This document shows, piece by piece, positions 10,079 to 20,776 of a stretch of DNA of 64,000 nt. Position 1 is the first letter of the stretch; each line of letters opens with the position of its first letter. The DNA is from Patescibacteria group bacterium (lineage in GTDB: Bacteria > Patescibacteriota > JABMPQ01): NCBI GenBank assembly GCA_018818965.1, contig JAHJQX010000029.1, positions 2,982-66,981 of the forward strand, given 5' to 3'. Under the pieces are notes generated by a model. The model made no database searches. It saw nothing but the letters and a program-made list of their open reading frames with translations, and had not been told where the DNA came from. Position numbers and translations under genes: made by a program.

Positions 10079-10912
10079 TTACTTACGTTTCTTGATAATA
10101 AACTTATTTGACTTCTTATTTCGGCGACGGGTCTTCCGACCTAGGGCAGGTTTACCCCAACGGGTCTTGGGATGCACCATACCGATTGGTGATCGACCTT
10201 CTCCACCTCCGTGGGGATGATCGACTGGGTTCATCGCTTTACCTCTGACGGTCGGTCTAATTCCGCGATGGCGCTGACGACCAGCTTTACCAATTACTAT
10301 GTTTTCATACTCACGGTTACTTATCTGACCAATACTTGCTAAACATTTTTTACCAATCTTTCGTACTTCACCAGAAGACAGCTTTAGATTAGCGTACTTG
10401 CCCCCTAGCTCCATCAATTGTGCACTCGTACCAGCTGCCCGAACGATCCGTCCCCCTTGGCTAGGGTTAAGCTCAATGTTATGCACTATACTACCAGCTG
10501 GGATATACTGCAACGGCATTCGGTTGCCGATCTTGGCCTCAATTTTCTTTTGCGAGAAGACAACTTTATCGTTTGCTTTGAGTTTATCTGGAGCCAATAT
10601 ATATCTTTTTTCTTTATCCTCAAATTCTAGCAAAGCAATGAAAGCCGTACGATTAGGATCGTATTCAATCGCTTTAACCACAGCCGGTGCATCAAACTTA
10701 TCCTGCTTGAAATCAACTAAGCGATAACGACGTTTGGCGCCACCCCCTTGGTGCCGCACCGTGATCCGACCGGAGGCCCGACTGCGACCAGCTTTCTTTG
10801 GCAATGGGGAGGTTAAAGACTTAACTGGCTTTTTTTTAGTCAGACTACTAAAATCAGTCGTGGTAATAAAACGACGGGAAGGGGTAGTTGGTTTGTAGGT
10901 CTTGACTGGCAT
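10079..10912 (-). CDS. rplB: 50S ribosomal protein L2
   Basis: 277 aa, GGGEGR/HPHGGGEG motif. Confidence 0.9.
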   Translation of the reverse strand: MPVKTYKPTTPSRRFITTTDFSSLTKKKPVKSLTSPLPKKAGRSRASGRITVRHQGGGAKRRYRLVDFKQDKFDAPAVVKAIEYDPNRTAFIALLEFEDKEKRYILAPDKLKANDKVVFSQKKIEAKIGNRMPLQYIPAGSIVHNIELNPSQGGRIVRAAGTSAQLMELGGKYANLKLSSGEVRKIGKKCLASIGQISNREYENIVIGKAGRQRHRGIRPTVRGKAMNPVDHPHGGGEGRSPIGMVHPKTRWGKPALGRKTRRRNKKSNKFIIKKRK

Positions 10913-10938
10913 TAATTTCTACTCCGGTTAAAATATTG

Positions 10939-11385
10939 TTAAACTCCCTCGTATACTTGGATTGACTGTCCAGCCGGCAAAGTAACAATGGCTTTCTTAT
11001 GATCATTGGTACGTCCTAAAGTCCGGCCATATCTCCTCGATTTACCTTTTACACTTATAACATTAACTCCGCTCGGTTCGACACCGTAGACATCTTTAAT
11101 TGCTTGCTTAATCTCTCTTTTAGTAGCTTGGCGATTAACTCCAAAAACATATTTATTCTCACCGCTTAAAAAAGTAGCTTTCTCGGAAATTAACGGCTGC
11201 ACTAACGCTCGATAGGCACCACTGTCAATGCGAGCAGTTTTTTTCTTGTCGGAGCCGCCTTTTTTCTTAATTTTCTTAGACGCTAAACTTGACTTAGTCG
11301 GCTTGGCTAATTGCTGAGACTTTTCAGCTGCGCCTTTACTCTCGGCCTTCTTTTCTTTTTTGAAAACGTTTTTTATAATTGACAT
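10939..11385 (-). CDS. rplW: 50S ribosomal protein L23 with N-terminal Lys-rich extension
   Basis: L23 core in C-terminal 100 aa. Confidence 0.8.
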   Translation of the reverse strand: MSIIKNVFKKEKKAESKGAAEKSQQLAKPTKSSLASKKIKKKGGSDKKKTARIDSGAYRALVQPLISEKATFLSGENKYVFGVNRQATKREIKQAIKDVYGVEPSGVNVISVKGKSRRYGRTLGRTNDHKKAIVTLPAGQSIQVYEGV

Positions 11386-11394
11386 AGGGGTCTT

Positions 11395-12033
11395 CTATTC
11401 CTTAGCAAATGTCTTTTCAATCTCTTTTAAAGCTGATAAAGACAATAATAAATACTCAAACCGGATAACGTCATAGATATTTAAATTGGCAGCCGGTAAC
11501 ACCTGCACCCGAGGCAAATTAGCAACTGATTTTGTAATAATGTTATCCTTAGCCGCCAATACTAACAATGCATCCTGATTTTTAACTGACGGAATGGCCG
11601 CCAACGCTGCTGTTATATTCTGTGTCTTTATATCTTTAAATTTTATTTCATCTATTACGGCTATTTTCTTGCCAGCTGCTTTATCGGAAAGTGCCATTAG
11701 TAGAGCTTTTTTCTTTTCCTTTTTGTTGACCTTCTTAATAAAATTACGCTCAGCGGTCGGACCAAAAGTCACTCCGCCCCCCTTCCAGAGAGGCGAACGA
11801 TTGGAACCGACTCGCGCTCGACCAGTACCTTTCTGGCGCCAAGGTTTGATACCCCCTCCCCGTACCTGGCTGCGATCTTTAGTGGCTGCCAAAGATTGAC
11901 GACGATTGGCCAAAATTGATTCTACTACCCGGTGCAGTACTACCGACTTGACTTCTACCGCAAAAATATCAGGATTTAACTTGATATCCTTTTTCTTTTC
12001 CCCTTTGAGATTGTAGACGGGAATATTAGTCAT
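11395..12033 (-). CDS. rplD: 50S ribosomal protein L4
   Basis: 212 aa, L4 signature (RQKGTGRAR). Confidence 0.85.
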   Translation of the reverse strand: MTNIPVYNLKGEKKKDIKLNPDIFAVEVKSVVLHRVVESILANRRQSLAATKDRSQVRGGGIKPWRQKGTGRARVGSNRSPLWKGGGVTFGPTAERNFIKKVNKKEKKKALLMALSDKAAGKKIAVIDEIKFKDIKTQNITAALAAIPSVKNQDALLVLAAKDNIITKSVANLPRVQVLPAANLNIYDVIRFEYLLLSLSALKEIEKTFAKE

Positions 12034-12680
12034 GATTTATCCTTGACTTTATCATCTTCAGAACTAGCTGTATCAGCTGCCTGGATCTCTATAAAAGTAT
12101 TGCGTGGGCCTGGCAAAGACCCTCTCAGAACTAACAAATTTTTTTCGGGATCAACTTCCACTACGGTGAGATTCTTGATGCTAATTTGAGTATGACCTGA
12201 CCGACCAGCCATCTTGACACCCTTGAAAACATGTTCGGGGAAACCAGCCCCAATTGAACCAGGAGCTCGTTCATCATGACGATGGCCATGAGTTTTCGGT
12301 GAACCAGCAAAGCCATGACGTTTTACTACTCCGGTGAACCCCTTACCTTTGGAAACAGCTGTTACCCTCGCCTGATCACCAGGCTTAAATATGGCAACGG
12401 TAATTTCCTGACCTGGCTCATAACTACTTTCGCTATCAACGTGAAATTCTCTTAGATACCGAGTACTTTTTAATTTGGCTTTTTTGAGATGCCCCGCGAT
12501 GGGTTTAGTTATCTTTTTCCTTTCACCCCAGCTTAGCTGGACTGCTTGATAACCGTCTTTATCAGACTTTTTAACTTGAGCAACTTGGCAAGGACCGGCT
12601 AATACTAAAGTTACCGGAATAGCTTTTTTCCCCTGGAAAACTCTGCTCATGCCTATTTTTTTTCCCAAGATAAATTTCAT
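12030..12680 (-). CDS. rplC: 50S ribosomal protein L3
   Basis: MKFILGKKIGMSRVF... Confidence 0.9.
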   Translation of the reverse strand: MKFILGKKIGMSRVFQGKKAIPVTLVLAGPCQVAQVKKSDKDGYQAVQLSWGERKKITKPIAGHLKKAKLKSTRYLREFHVDSESSYEPGQEITVAIFKPGDQARVTAVSKGKGFTGVVKRHGFAGSPKTHGHRHDERAPGSIGAGFPEHVFKGVKMAGRSGHTQISIKNLTVVEVDPEKNLLVLRGSLPGPRNTFIEIQAADTASSEDDKVKDKS

Positions 12681-12690
12681 GATAGTACCT

Positions 12691-12743
12691 AAAACCGGGT
12701 TTTTTAAGACCAGACACCGCAGGCCTTAGAAAACCCGGTTTTT
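12691..12743 (-). promoter_or_regulatory. 13-bp perfect-stem hairpin (AAAACCGGGUUUU/AAAACCCGGUUUU) with U-run in the rpsJ-rplC intergenic region
   Basis: Exact reverse-complement arms read directly from the sequence. Possible attenuator or terminator inside the S10 operon. Confidence 0.5.
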
Positions 12744-12823
12744 ATCTGGTTCGCCCTGATAAATTAAATAATGTTTAAAAACATAAAACTATCTGATTAC
12801 TAGCACTACTAGTAATATACTAA

Positions 12824-13171
12824 CTACATCTTCACTTCCACGTCTACACCGGCCGGTAAATTAAGGTTGGTCAGCGAATCGATTATCTTACTAGACGGCT
12901 TGATGATATCAATCAGCCTCTTATGCACCCTCATTTCGAACTGCTCCCGAGAATCTTTATTGACGAAGGGAGACTTAATGACAGTCTCGCGATGTCTTTC
13001 TGTCGGCAAGGGAACTGGGCCAGAAACTTCTGCCCCTAGTCTCTTCACCGTATCCACAATCTTGACAGCTGCCTGGTCAATCACTTTATGATCGTAAGCT
13101 TTGATCTTTATTCGAATTTTTTGGGTTGGAACACTGCCACTAACTGCTTCTTCTTTCTTTTTGGCCATCAA
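12824..13171 (-). CDS. rpsJ: 30S ribosomal protein S10
   Basis: [16 protein letters not shown]... S10. Confidence 0.9.
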   Translation of the reverse strand: MMAKKKEEAVSGSVPTQKIRIKIKAYDHKVIDQAAVKIVDTVKRLGAEVSGPVPLPTERHRETVIKSPFVNKDSREQFEMRVHKRLIDIIKPSSKIIDSLTNLNLPAGVDVEVKM

Positions 13172-13205
13172 TCCAATGTGCTAAATTATTAAAAACAACT
13201 AACTA

Positions 13206-14402
13206 CTATTTGGATATCTTAGTCACCACACCAGCACCTACCGTTCGACTACCTTCACGAATGGCGAACTTCATACCGTCTTCCATAGCAACCGGAGCAC
13301 CAAGCTTGATGTTAACTTTTACTGTATCGCCAGGCATCACCATTTCCGTTCCTTTGGGCAAACTTACTACTTCACCCGTCACATCCGTTGTCCGAATGTA
13401 GAATTGAGGCTTGTAGCCAGCAGCAAACGCTGTGTGACGGCCACCTTCTTCTTTGGTCAGTACATACACCTCCGCTTCAAATTCAGTGTGCGGAGTAATA
13501 CTACCCGGCTTGGCTAATACTTGACCTCGCTCGACTTCTTCTTTCTTGGTACCACGCAAAAGAAGACCAGCATTGTCACCCGCCCGACCTTCATCTAATT
13601 GTTTGTTAAACATTTCAATACCAGTAATAACTGTCTTGGCCGTATCGTGAATACCAACGATCTCTAGCTCTTCATTGAGCTTGACCATACCGCGCTCGAT
13701 TCGGCCAGTCACGACTGTACCCCGACCCTCAATCGAGAAAATATCTTCAATCGGCATTAAAAATGGTTTGTCAACATCACGTTTTGGTTCCGGGATGAAT
13801 GTGTCCAAAGCTTCTAACAACTCCAAAATTGGCTTACCAGCGTCACCTTTAGGATCTTCAAGGGCTTTCAAAGCAGAACCTTTGATAATCGGGGTCTTAT
13901 CTCCGGGGAATTCGTACTTAGTCAATTCCTCCCGAACTTCTTCCTCTACTAACTCGATCATCTCTTTGTCATCAACTTGATCAACTTTGTTTAAGAACAC
14001 AACAATTGAAGGTACCCCAACCTGTCGAGCTAACAAGATATGTTCCTTGGTCTGGGGCATCGGACCATCGGTGGCGGAGACAACCAAAATAGCACCGTCC
14101 ATCTGGGCAGCACCCGTAATCATGTTTTTGATATAGTCGGCATGTCCGGGACAGTCAACATGAGCATAATGTCGCTTCTCTGTTTCATACTCACAATGGG
14201 AAGTAGCAATGGTGATACCACGCTCCTTTTCCTCAGGGGCGTTATCAATCTGATCAACTGTCTTTATATTAGCTTTACCTTTGCCACTGGCATTGATAAC
14301 TTGCAAGATAGCAGCTGTCAGAGTGGTCTTACCGTGGTCGACGTGACCAATAGTACCAACGTTCACGTGAGGTTTACCTCGATCAAATTTTTCTTCGGCC
14401 AT
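13206..14402 (-). CDS. tuf: elongation factor Tu
   Basis: 398 aa, [18 protein letters not shown]. Confidence 0.95.
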   Translation of the reverse strand: MAEEKFDRGKPHVNVGTIGHVDHGKTTLTAAILQVINASGKGKANIKTVDQIDNAPEEKERGITIATSHCEYETEKRHYAHVDCPGHADYIKNMITGAAQMDGAILVVSATDGPMPQTKEHILLARQVGVPSIVVFLNKVDQVDDKEMIELVEEEVREELTKYEFPGDKTPIIKGSALKALEDPKGDAGKPILELLEALDTFIPEPKRDVDKPFLMPIEDIFSIEGRGTVVTGRIERGMVKLNEELEIVGIHDTAKTVITGIEMFNKQLDEGRAGDNAGLLLRGTKKEEVERGQVLAKPGSITPHTEFEAEVYVLTKEEGGRHTAFAAGYKPQFYIRTTDVTGEVVSLPKGTEMVMPGDTVKVNIKLGAPVAMEDGMKFAIREGSRTVGAGVVTKISK

Positions 14403-14576
14403 TTGTTTACTCCTATTTTATAGTTTTAATTATTGATAAAAGTTCTCTCGTATTATAGTTTTTCTAGCTTAGGCTGTCAACAGGAAAAACGGAGATAAGT
14501 TGTTGAATTTCAGGTGGAATGATAAGGACTACAGACAGATTATTTTAAATAGTTTCTTACACCTACAACCTACGGC

Positions 14577-16676
14577 CTACTTCTCTTCTCCCATGATCTC
14601 CGCCTTTATTTTTGCTGGAACTTGTTCATAACTGCTAAACTCCATCGTGTAATTAGCTCTTCCCTGCGAGATTGACCGTAAAGTAGTGGCGTAACCAAAC
14701 ATTTCCGCCAGTGGTACTAAAGCATCAATTACCTTCACGTTAGCCCGATCAGTCATTTGCTGGATTTGCGCTCGTTTGGAATTCAAGTCCCCCACTACAT
14801 CACCCATAGATTCTTCGGGGGTAGTCACTTCGACTTTCATCACTGGTTCGAGAATAACTGGGTTGGCTTTCTTAACACCTTCTCGCAAAGCCATGGAAGC
14901 GGCAATTTTGAAAGCAGATTCATTAGAATCAACTTCGTGGTAAGAACCATCATATAAAGTAGCTTTGACGTCAATAACAGGATAACCAGCCAAAACGCCT
15001 TTGTCCATCGCTTCACGAGCCCCTTTCTCTACTGGAGGAATATACTCAATTGGGATAACTCCACCCTTAATCTCGTTCTCAAACTCAAAGCCCTTGCCCC
15101 GTTCGAGCGGTTCCAGTCGTAACCAAACATGACCATACTGTCCTCGACCACCTGACTGTTTAATATATTTACCCTCAACTTCCGTGGTAGTAGTAATAGC
15201 TTCTTTGTAAGCTACCTGCGGTTGACCAATATTGGCTTCGACTTTAAATTCTCGTTTCATTCGGTCTACTAAAACTTCCAGGTGGAGCTCACCCATCCCC
15301 GAGATAACCGTTTGCCCGGTTTCTTGATTAGTCTCCCGGCGAAAAGTCGGATCTTCTTCGGATAGCTCTTTCAAGGCGTTAGCCATTTTTTCTTGATCGG
15401 CTTTCGTTTTTGGTTCAATTGCAATTGAAATCACTGGCTCAGGAAAAGTAATTTTTTCTAGGATGATTGGACTATCTTCAGCACAAAGAGTATCACCAGT
15501 AGTTGTTCCCTTTAAGCCAACAATTGCCGCGATATCACCAGAGTAAACTTCTTTTACCTCTTCCCGTTTATTAGCATGCATTCGCACAATTCGTCCCACC
15601 CTTTCCTTGCTGCCCGAATTAGCATTCAAAACATAAGACCCTGCCTCCAACACACCAGAATAAACCCGGAAGAAAATCAATTTACCAACAAAAGGATCGG
15701 TTGCTACTTTAAAAGCTAGGGCAGAAAAGGGTTCACTGTCATCAGTCCGGCGTTCAATTTCTTTAGTTTCGTCTTTAACATCAGTCCCCTTGGCAGTAGG
15801 GACATCCAGCGGTGAAGGTAGTAGGTCAACAATTGTATCAAGTAACTTTTTCACAACAGCCTTCCGTCCGTCTCCACCTAAAACTGGGAAAAATTTCCCT
15901 TCTAAAACACCTTTACGCATGGCGGCGCGATACTCCGCCAAACTAATCTCTTCGCCTTCTAAATATTTCTCCGTCAGCTCATCATCAGCTTCGGCAATAA
16001 TTTCCAACATTTCCTCCCGGTATTTTTCACAATCTGCTTTCATATCATCCGGAATATCTTTAGGCTCTGACAATTCTAACCCTTCCTCTCCTTCATTATA
16101 ATAAGCTTTCATTTCCAAAAGATCGACTAGACCTTTAGTATCTTCACCCAGGCCGATCGGTAACATAATGGGGAAAGCTTTATCACTTAAACGCTCCTTA
16201 ATAGAATCGAGCGAACGATAAAAATCCCCACCAACTAGATTAATTTTGTTTAGGAAGCAAATCCGGGGAACATTATATTTATCGGCTTGTCGCCAGACCG
16301 TTTCTGATTGGGGCTCAACTCCCATTTTGCCATCGAAGACAACTACCGCACCATCAAGTACCCGCAAAGAACGCTCGACTTCCACCGTAAAATCAACGTG
16401 ACCCGGAGTATCAATTATATTGATCCGATGCAGGTCTTTTTCTTTTTTATGCAACGGCGACCAAAAACAAGTGGTAGCGGCTGAGGTAATAGTAATCCCT
16501 CTTTCTTGTTCTTGCTCCATCCAGTCCATAATCGCTTCACCCTCATGCACTTCACCAATTTTATGAGAAATACCAGTAAAAAACAAAACTCGCTCGGTAA
16601 CAGTTGTTTTACCAGCGTCGATGTGAGCAATAATGCCGATGTTTCTAGTTTTCTCCAATGAGTATTCGCGAGGCAT
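14577..16676 (-). CDS. fusA: elongation factor G
   Basis: 699 aa, AHIDAGKTT, five-domain EF-G. Confidence 0.95.
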   Translation of the reverse strand: MPREYSLEKTRNIGIIAHIDAGKTTVTERVLFFTGISHKIGEVHEGEAIMDWMEQEQERGITITSAATTCFWSPLHKKEKDLHRINIIDTPGHVDFTVEVERSLRVLDGAVVVFDGKMGVEPQSETVWRQADKYNVPRICFLNKINLVGGDFYRSLDSIKERLSDKAFPIMLPIGLGEDTKGLVDLLEMKAYYNEGEEGLELSEPKDIPDDMKADCEKYREEMLEIIAEADDELTEKYLEGEEISLAEYRAAMRKGVLEGKFFPVLGGDGRKAVVKKLLDTIVDLLPSPLDVPTAKGTDVKDETKEIERRTDDSEPFSALAFKVATDPFVGKLIFFRVYSGVLEAGSYVLNANSGSKERVGRIVRMHANKREEVKEVYSGDIAAIVGLKGTTTGDTLCAEDSPIILEKITFPEPVISIAIEPKTKADQEKMANALKELSEEDPTFRRETNQETGQTVISGMGELHLEVLVDRMKREFKVEANIGQPQVAYKEAITTTTEVEGKYIKQSGGRGQYGHVWLRLEPLERGKGFEFENEIKGGVIPIEYIPPVEKGAREAMDKGVLAGYPVIDVKATLYDGSYHEVDSNESAFKIAASMALREGVKKANPVILEPVMKVEVTTPEESMGDVVGDLNSKRAQIQQMTDRANVKVIDALVPLAEMFGYATTLRSISQGRANYTMEFSSYEQVPAKIKAEIMGEEK

Positions 16677-16741
16677 GTTTAAAAATTTTAAGTCTAGCTG
16701 CCAATTTACATGCCGCTAGGCATTCAGGCAGGTTATAAATG

Positions 16742-17104
16742 CTAAGAACCCTGATCTTCTTTCCTCTTCACAATAAAATAATAAATTAGCGCTCCAATCC
16801 AACTAGTTAAAGCAACCACTAATATCCAAACTGTTTTATCATCTTTATTGGGAAAATCTCTTTTGACGCAATCAATTAGCATTAGCACCCAAATAATAAT
16901 ACCGCCGATATTAATCCCAATTATTAAAGCAATAAACAAGAAATATAAAGAAAAAAATCCAGTGAAAAACAAACCCATAATTAATGCGACTATACCAGCC
17001 GCTACTTCCCCACTATTAGCCTGAGCTAGCTGTGGGCATAAACAAAAAGTAGCTAGCATGGCTAGCGATAAAAACTTAACGTAATTAGTAATATGGGTGG
17101 TCAT
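16742..17104 (-). CDS. secreted/membrane protein with PLDc_N-type domain, inserted between rpsG and fusA
   Basis: N-terminal signal/TM. C-terminal DCVKRDFPNKDDKTVWILVVALTSWIGALIYYFIVKRK resembles the PLDc_N consensus. Confidence 0.5.
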   Translation of the reverse strand: MTTHITNYVKFLSLAMLATFCLCPQLAQANSGEVAAGIVALIMGLFFTGFFSLYFLFIALIIGINIGGIIIWVLMLIDCVKRDFPNKDDKTVWILVVALTSWIGALIYYFIVKRKEDQGS

Positions 17105-17112
17105 AACTTATA

Positions 17113-17580
17113 TTACCGAGCGTAGTGAGCAAAAGCTTTATTAGCTTCCGCCATCCGATGAGTATCTTCTTTCTTTTTAATTGCGGCTCCTTGATTCTGT
17201 GATGCTTCCATGATTTGATTAGCCAATTTAATAGCCATTGATTTACCTTTCTGACTACGAGCTGCTTCCACAATCCAACGAAAAGCGAGCGTATTTTTGC
17301 GATCACCCTTCACCTCATAAGGAATTTGATAATTAGCCCCACCAATCCGCCTACCCTTAATCTCTAAAACCGGCCCGACATTTTTTAAAGCTAGATCAAA
17401 CGTCTCTACGGGATCTTTCTTGGTCTTTTCGTAAATAATTTCAAAAGCTCCGTAGACAATGTTGCGGGCAGCGTTTCGCTTGCCTCTCTCCATAATAAAA
17501 TTAATAAACTTAGCGACTGTCTCGTTGCTAAATTTAGGATCGGGTAAAACTGGTTTTTTTATCGCCCGGGCTTTTCGCAT
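17113..17580 (-). CDS. rpsG: 30S ribosomal protein S7
   Basis: 155 aa S7. Confidence 0.9.
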   Translation of the reverse strand: MRKARAIKKPVLPDPKFSNETVAKFINFIMERGKRNAARNIVYGAFEIIYEKTKKDPVETFDLALKNVGPVLEIKGRRIGGANYQIPYEVKGDRKNTLAFRWIVEAARSQKGKSMAIKLANQIMEASQNQGAAIKKKEDTHRMAEANKAFAHYAR

Positions 17581-17592
17581 AATAATTAAACT

Positions 17593-18108
17593 TTATTCTT
17601 TGGGTTCGGCTGGTTGTTCAGCTGGTTTGGCCTCGTCACCAGTTTTTTCTTCGGCCACAGTCGCCGGCGTTTCCCCTCCACTACTACCGCTACCTTTCTT
17701 GGTGGCATATTTACTCCGACTTTGCTGGCGACCATCTACCCCACTAGTATCAAAACGACCGCGTACCACGTGATATCGCACCCCGGGTAAATCCGGAACT
17801 CGACCACCTCGAATCATTACAATCGAATGTTCCTGCAAATTGTGACCTTCGCCAGGAATATAAGCAGTTACTTCCATACCGTTAGTCAGACGCACCTTGG
17901 CAATCTTTCGTAAAGCAGAGTTAGGCTTTTTAGGGGTGGTGGTGGTGACCTTAATACAAACTCCCTTTTTAAAAGGACTGCCGCCTTTGCGTGAAGGTTT
18001 AGCTGCTTTCTTTTTTATGACATTAAAACCTTTCTGCAATGCAGGAGATTTTGATTTCTTCTTGATCTTATTTCTCTTCTTTTTTACTAACTGATTTATT
18101 GTCGGCAT
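17593..18108 (-). CDS. rpsL: 30S ribosomal protein S12 with ~45-aa C-terminal extension
   Basis: [10 protein letters not shown]..., [10 protein letters not shown] motif. Confidence 0.9.
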   Translation of the reverse strand: MPTINQLVKKKRNKIKKKSKSPALQKGFNVIKKKAAKPSRKGGSPFKKGVCIKVTTTTPKKPNSALRKIAKVRLTNGMEVTAYIPGEGHNLQEHSIVMIRGGRVPDLPGVRYHVVRGRFDTSGVDGRQQSRSKYATKKGSGSSGGETPATVAEEKTGDEAKPAEQPAEPKE

Positions 18109-18202
18109 CGAATCAAAAAATTTTAAGCAAAAAAAGACGCACTGAGTGCTCGCAAAACATTGTTACATAGGTACTGAAAGTGGTCAAGGGGAATTATCTA
18201 AT

Positions 18203-18829
18203 TCATAGCCCCAAAAGTAAATTGACTCCACCAATTAACACACTATACATTAGAGAGAAGAAAAAGCCACCGAATAATACTAGACCAATCAAGATGAAAA
18301 AACCATAACGCTGCAGAAATTCTTTCACGTTGTCCATTGAAGTAGGTAGGATCGCGAATAATAATTTGGATCCATCCAACGGCGGTACTGGCAACAGGTT
18401 AAAAGTCATTAAAACCATATTTATGATTATCAGGAAGTAAAGAAAATCAAACAAAGCATTGCCAGCTCCGAGGTTCAGAAGTGGATAGACAAACTTGAGA
18501 AAAGCGATGAACATTAATGCCATTACTAGATTAGACCCAGGTCCGGCTAGTGAAACCAGGGCTGGCCCCCAACGCTGATTGCGCAAATTATAAGGATTAA
18601 ACGGTACCGGCTTACCCCAACCAAAGCCAGCTAATAATAAAAGTAAAGTCCCCCATAAATCTAAGTGGGACAAAGGATTAAGTGTCAATCGTCCTTCATT
18701 TTTAGCGGTTGGATCACCAAGGTAATAGGCCATAGCCGCATGCGCAAACTCATGCACGGAAATGGCAATTACAATCCCAACGGCGGTGATAACAAAATAT
18801 ATTGGGTCTTGGAACAGTCGCTCGATCAT
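18203..18829 (-). CDS. site-2 protease family (peptidase M50) membrane metalloprotease
   Basis: HEFAHA zinc motif in a TM helix, polytopic. Confidence 0.7.
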   Translation of the reverse strand: MIERLFQDPIYFVITAVGIVIAISVHEFAHAAMAYYLGDPTAKNEGRLTLNPLSHLDLWGTLLLLLAGFGWGKPVPFNPYNLRNQRWGPALVSLAGPGSNLVMALMFIAFLKFVYPLLNLGAGNALFDFLYFLIIINMVLMTFNLLPVPPLDGSKLLFAILPTSMDNVKEFLQRYGFFILIGLVLFGGFFFSLMYSVLIGGVNLLLGL

Positions 18830-18918
18830 TTAATTAGTTTTATTTGCGTTGACCGCCCCGATACACCTCCGAAAACCGTTTGCAGGCCAAACGGGCACGG
18901 GAACAGAAAACAATCTTG

Positions 18919-18947
18919 CACCTTTGCGATACTAGTATTATACTGCA
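18919..18947 (+). promoter_or_regulatory. candidate sigma70 promoter TTGCAC-N17-TATACT upstream of rpmB
   Basis: Sequence motif read directly. Confidence 0.4.
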
Positions 18948-18980
18948 AAAGTGAATTTCGTCACTATTAACTATACAATC

Positions 18981-19154
18981 ATGTCTAGAGTTTGTGAAAT
19001 ATGTAACCGTGGTCCACTCAAGCGCGCCTCTCGCAGTCACTCTAATATTGCTACCAATCGTCATCAATACGTCAATTTGCAGTGGACGCAAAAAGATGGC
19101 CAGCGCATAAAAGCTTGCGCCAAGTGTATTAAAACGATGAGTAAGAATAAATAA
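18981..19154 (+). CDS. rpmB: 50S ribosomal protein L28 (Zn-ribbon form)
   Basis: MSRVCEICNRGPLKRASRSHS... Start taken at the internal Met of the 67-aa ORF. Confidence 0.8.
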   Translation: MSRVCEICNRGPLKRASRSHSNIATNRHQYVNLQWTQKDGQRIKACAKCIKTMSKNK

Positions 19155-19164
19155 TCAAAAAAAT

Positions 19165-19353
19165 ATGACTGCTGAAGTAAACTACTCACCAAACTGGGAA
19201 GATAAAAACAGCCAGTGCCAGAGCTGTAAGCTTTTCCAAACAGAAGACGGGAAAAATGCTTGCGTCCCCCCTGATAAAAGTTTCGCGGAGGCCTTGGAAG
19301 AATACGGTGAAGCTAGCCCGACTGGACACTGTGACTACTTCGAAAAAAAATAA
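19165..19353 (+). CDS. small 4-Cys protein, HiPIP-like iron-sulfur protein candidate
   Basis: CQSCKLF...GKNAC...GHCDYF spacing resembles the HiPIP CxxCxF...GxC...GWCxxW pattern. 10 nt after rpmB. Confidence 0.4.
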   Translation: MTAEVNYSPNWEDKNSQCQSCKLFQTEDGKNACVPPDKSFAEALEEYGEASPTGHCDYFEKK

Positions 19354-19406
19354 TCCTCCCTCCAAAAAAGCGTGCCTAGGTTGTCATGCTTTTTTAATAA
19401 TTTTCT

Positions 19407-19829
19407 TTATTCCCCTAATGCCTGCTGCAAATCCATCGCGTGCTCTTGTTCCATCGCGAGGATATTGCGTAGCTGTCCAGCGAGCGCAAATTCCTTAATT
19501 TCTTCAGCTTGTTCAATTCTTAGCTTGTATCTTTTTACAGCGTCCTCTTCGCCAGCCAAATCCTGCTTTAACATTTCTTTATTGTCATCAGCTGTTCCAA
19601 TTTCCCCAACTTCCACACTTGGCTTCCCACCAAGGTAAGCAATCTGATCAGCCAGGGTCATTGCGTGCTGGATTTCCTCGGTAGCGTGAATTTTCAATTC
19701 TTTGATAATTGAGCCATACTCAGCACCGGTCATCACCGCTGTGTGATTGATGTACTGAATAGCAGCTGAATATTCTAGTTTTAGATCATTATTCAGTAGC
19801 TCGATTAATTCTTCTTTACTAATCGCCAT
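19407..19829 (-). CDS. ferritin-like diiron four-helix-bundle protein (bacterioferritin family)
   Basis: LEYSAAIQY...EEIQHA...EEDAVKRY...EQEHA ligand pattern. Confidence 0.65.
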   Translation of the reverse strand: MAISKEELIELLNNDLKLEYSAAIQYINHTAVMTGAEYGSIIKELKIHATEEIQHAMTLADQIAYLGGKPSVEVGEIGTADDNKEMLKQDLAGEEDAVKRYKLRIEQAEEIKEFALAGQLRNILAMEQEHAMDLQQALGE

Positions 19830-19867
19830 ATTTTATTTGATTATAATTTTTTAAAAGAATCTACTAT

Positions 19868-20245
19868 CTACTCGCTCTTCCATAAACCATGCAAGTTACA
19901 ATAGGTTCGCGCCGCCACATCATTCGCCTGAACCATAAACTCCGCCTCCGGCTTCTCACCTGGTTTCAAATTCTGACGATAAACCAGCCCATCAACCAGA
20001 ATCTCTATCCATTCGATGTAATGATCGTCTTCCATCGGATGATCGACTGAGCCGACTTTTACTCTCACGCCAGTGTCAGTCTTCTCTATTACTGGCACGT
20101 GCTTCTCCACTGCTGCATCCTCGGTGTTCTCGGTTAGTAGCTTCATCGGCTGGCCGCAGCAAACTAGCTCACCTGCACCAGTATGCAACACCTCAACAAT
20201 ATTGCCACAAACTTCACATTTGTAGACTTGATTTGATTCGGTCAT
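19868..20245 (-). CDS. dfx: desulfoferrodoxin (2Fe superoxide reductase)
   Basis: N-terminal desulforedoxin CEVCGN...CCGQPM plus SOR centre (HVPVIE...H...C.LHGLW). Confidence 0.8.
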   Translation of the reverse strand: MTESNQVYKCEVCGNIVEVLHTGAGELVCCGQPMKLLTENTEDAAVEKHVPVIEKTDTGVRVKVGSVDHPMEDDHYIEWIEILVDGLVYRQNLKPGEKPEAEFMVQANDVAARTYCNLHGLWKSE

Positions 20246-20272
20246 TTGTTTTTTGTTAATTTATTATTAAAA

Positions 20273-20686
20273 TTATTTTTTACGCCTGGCGCACTTCTTG
20301 CAGATACCATACAAGTTACATTCTGTCCGCTCCACCTTCCCCCAACATACTTTTTTTCGCACTGGCATATTGCCGGCTCGGCGCAAATCATAAATTGTCC
20401 CACACTTATCACAAATATAATGCCAATGTTCTCTAATACAGCCATCAAAATGACGCTCGGCATCGGTCGTATTTAGCTCCAGAGCATATTCCCTGTCCAC
20501 TAAATAATCTAGATTACGATAGACTGTGCCTAGACTAATATGGGGTAACTTGCGTCGGACATTATTATAAACTATCTCCGCTGTCGGGTGACAAGTTACT
20601 TTCTGTAAATAATCAAGAATAACCTGGCGTTGTTTGGTCAAACGATCTCCAGTTTGGTTGATTTCGGTTTTAATGTCTCGCTGCAT
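20273..20686 (-). CDS. Fur family transcriptional regulator, PerR-like
   Basis: Fur DNA-binding helix (TKQRQVILDYL), HxH and C-terminal CxxC...CxxC. Confidence 0.8.
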   Translation of the reverse strand: MQRDIKTEINQTGDRLTKQRQVILDYLQKVTCHPTAEIVYNNVRRKLPHISLGTVYRNLDYLVDREYALELNTTDAERHFDGCIREHWHYICDKCGTIYDLRRAGNMPVRKKVCWGKVERTECNLYGICKKCARRKK

Positions 20687-20776
20687 TATTAGGAATTATT
20701 ACTATTAATATATCACGCCCAAGAATAGTGTCAAGAGAATAATATTGGCAAAATACTCTCCTGCCTTCAGGTTTTT

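Noticed and set aside
1075-18094. Many 60-140 aa ORFs on the opposite strand of ribosomal, EF-Tu/EF-G and secY genes (for example 1075-1305, 2187-2621, 4269-4688, 13675-13980, 15790-16101)
   Set aside because: They fully overlap strongly supported conserved genes, have odd composition and lack any domain signature. They are antisense artefacts.
18840-19091. 83-aa minus-strand ORF overlapping rpmB
   Set aside because: It is antisense to a clear L28 gene and has no signature.
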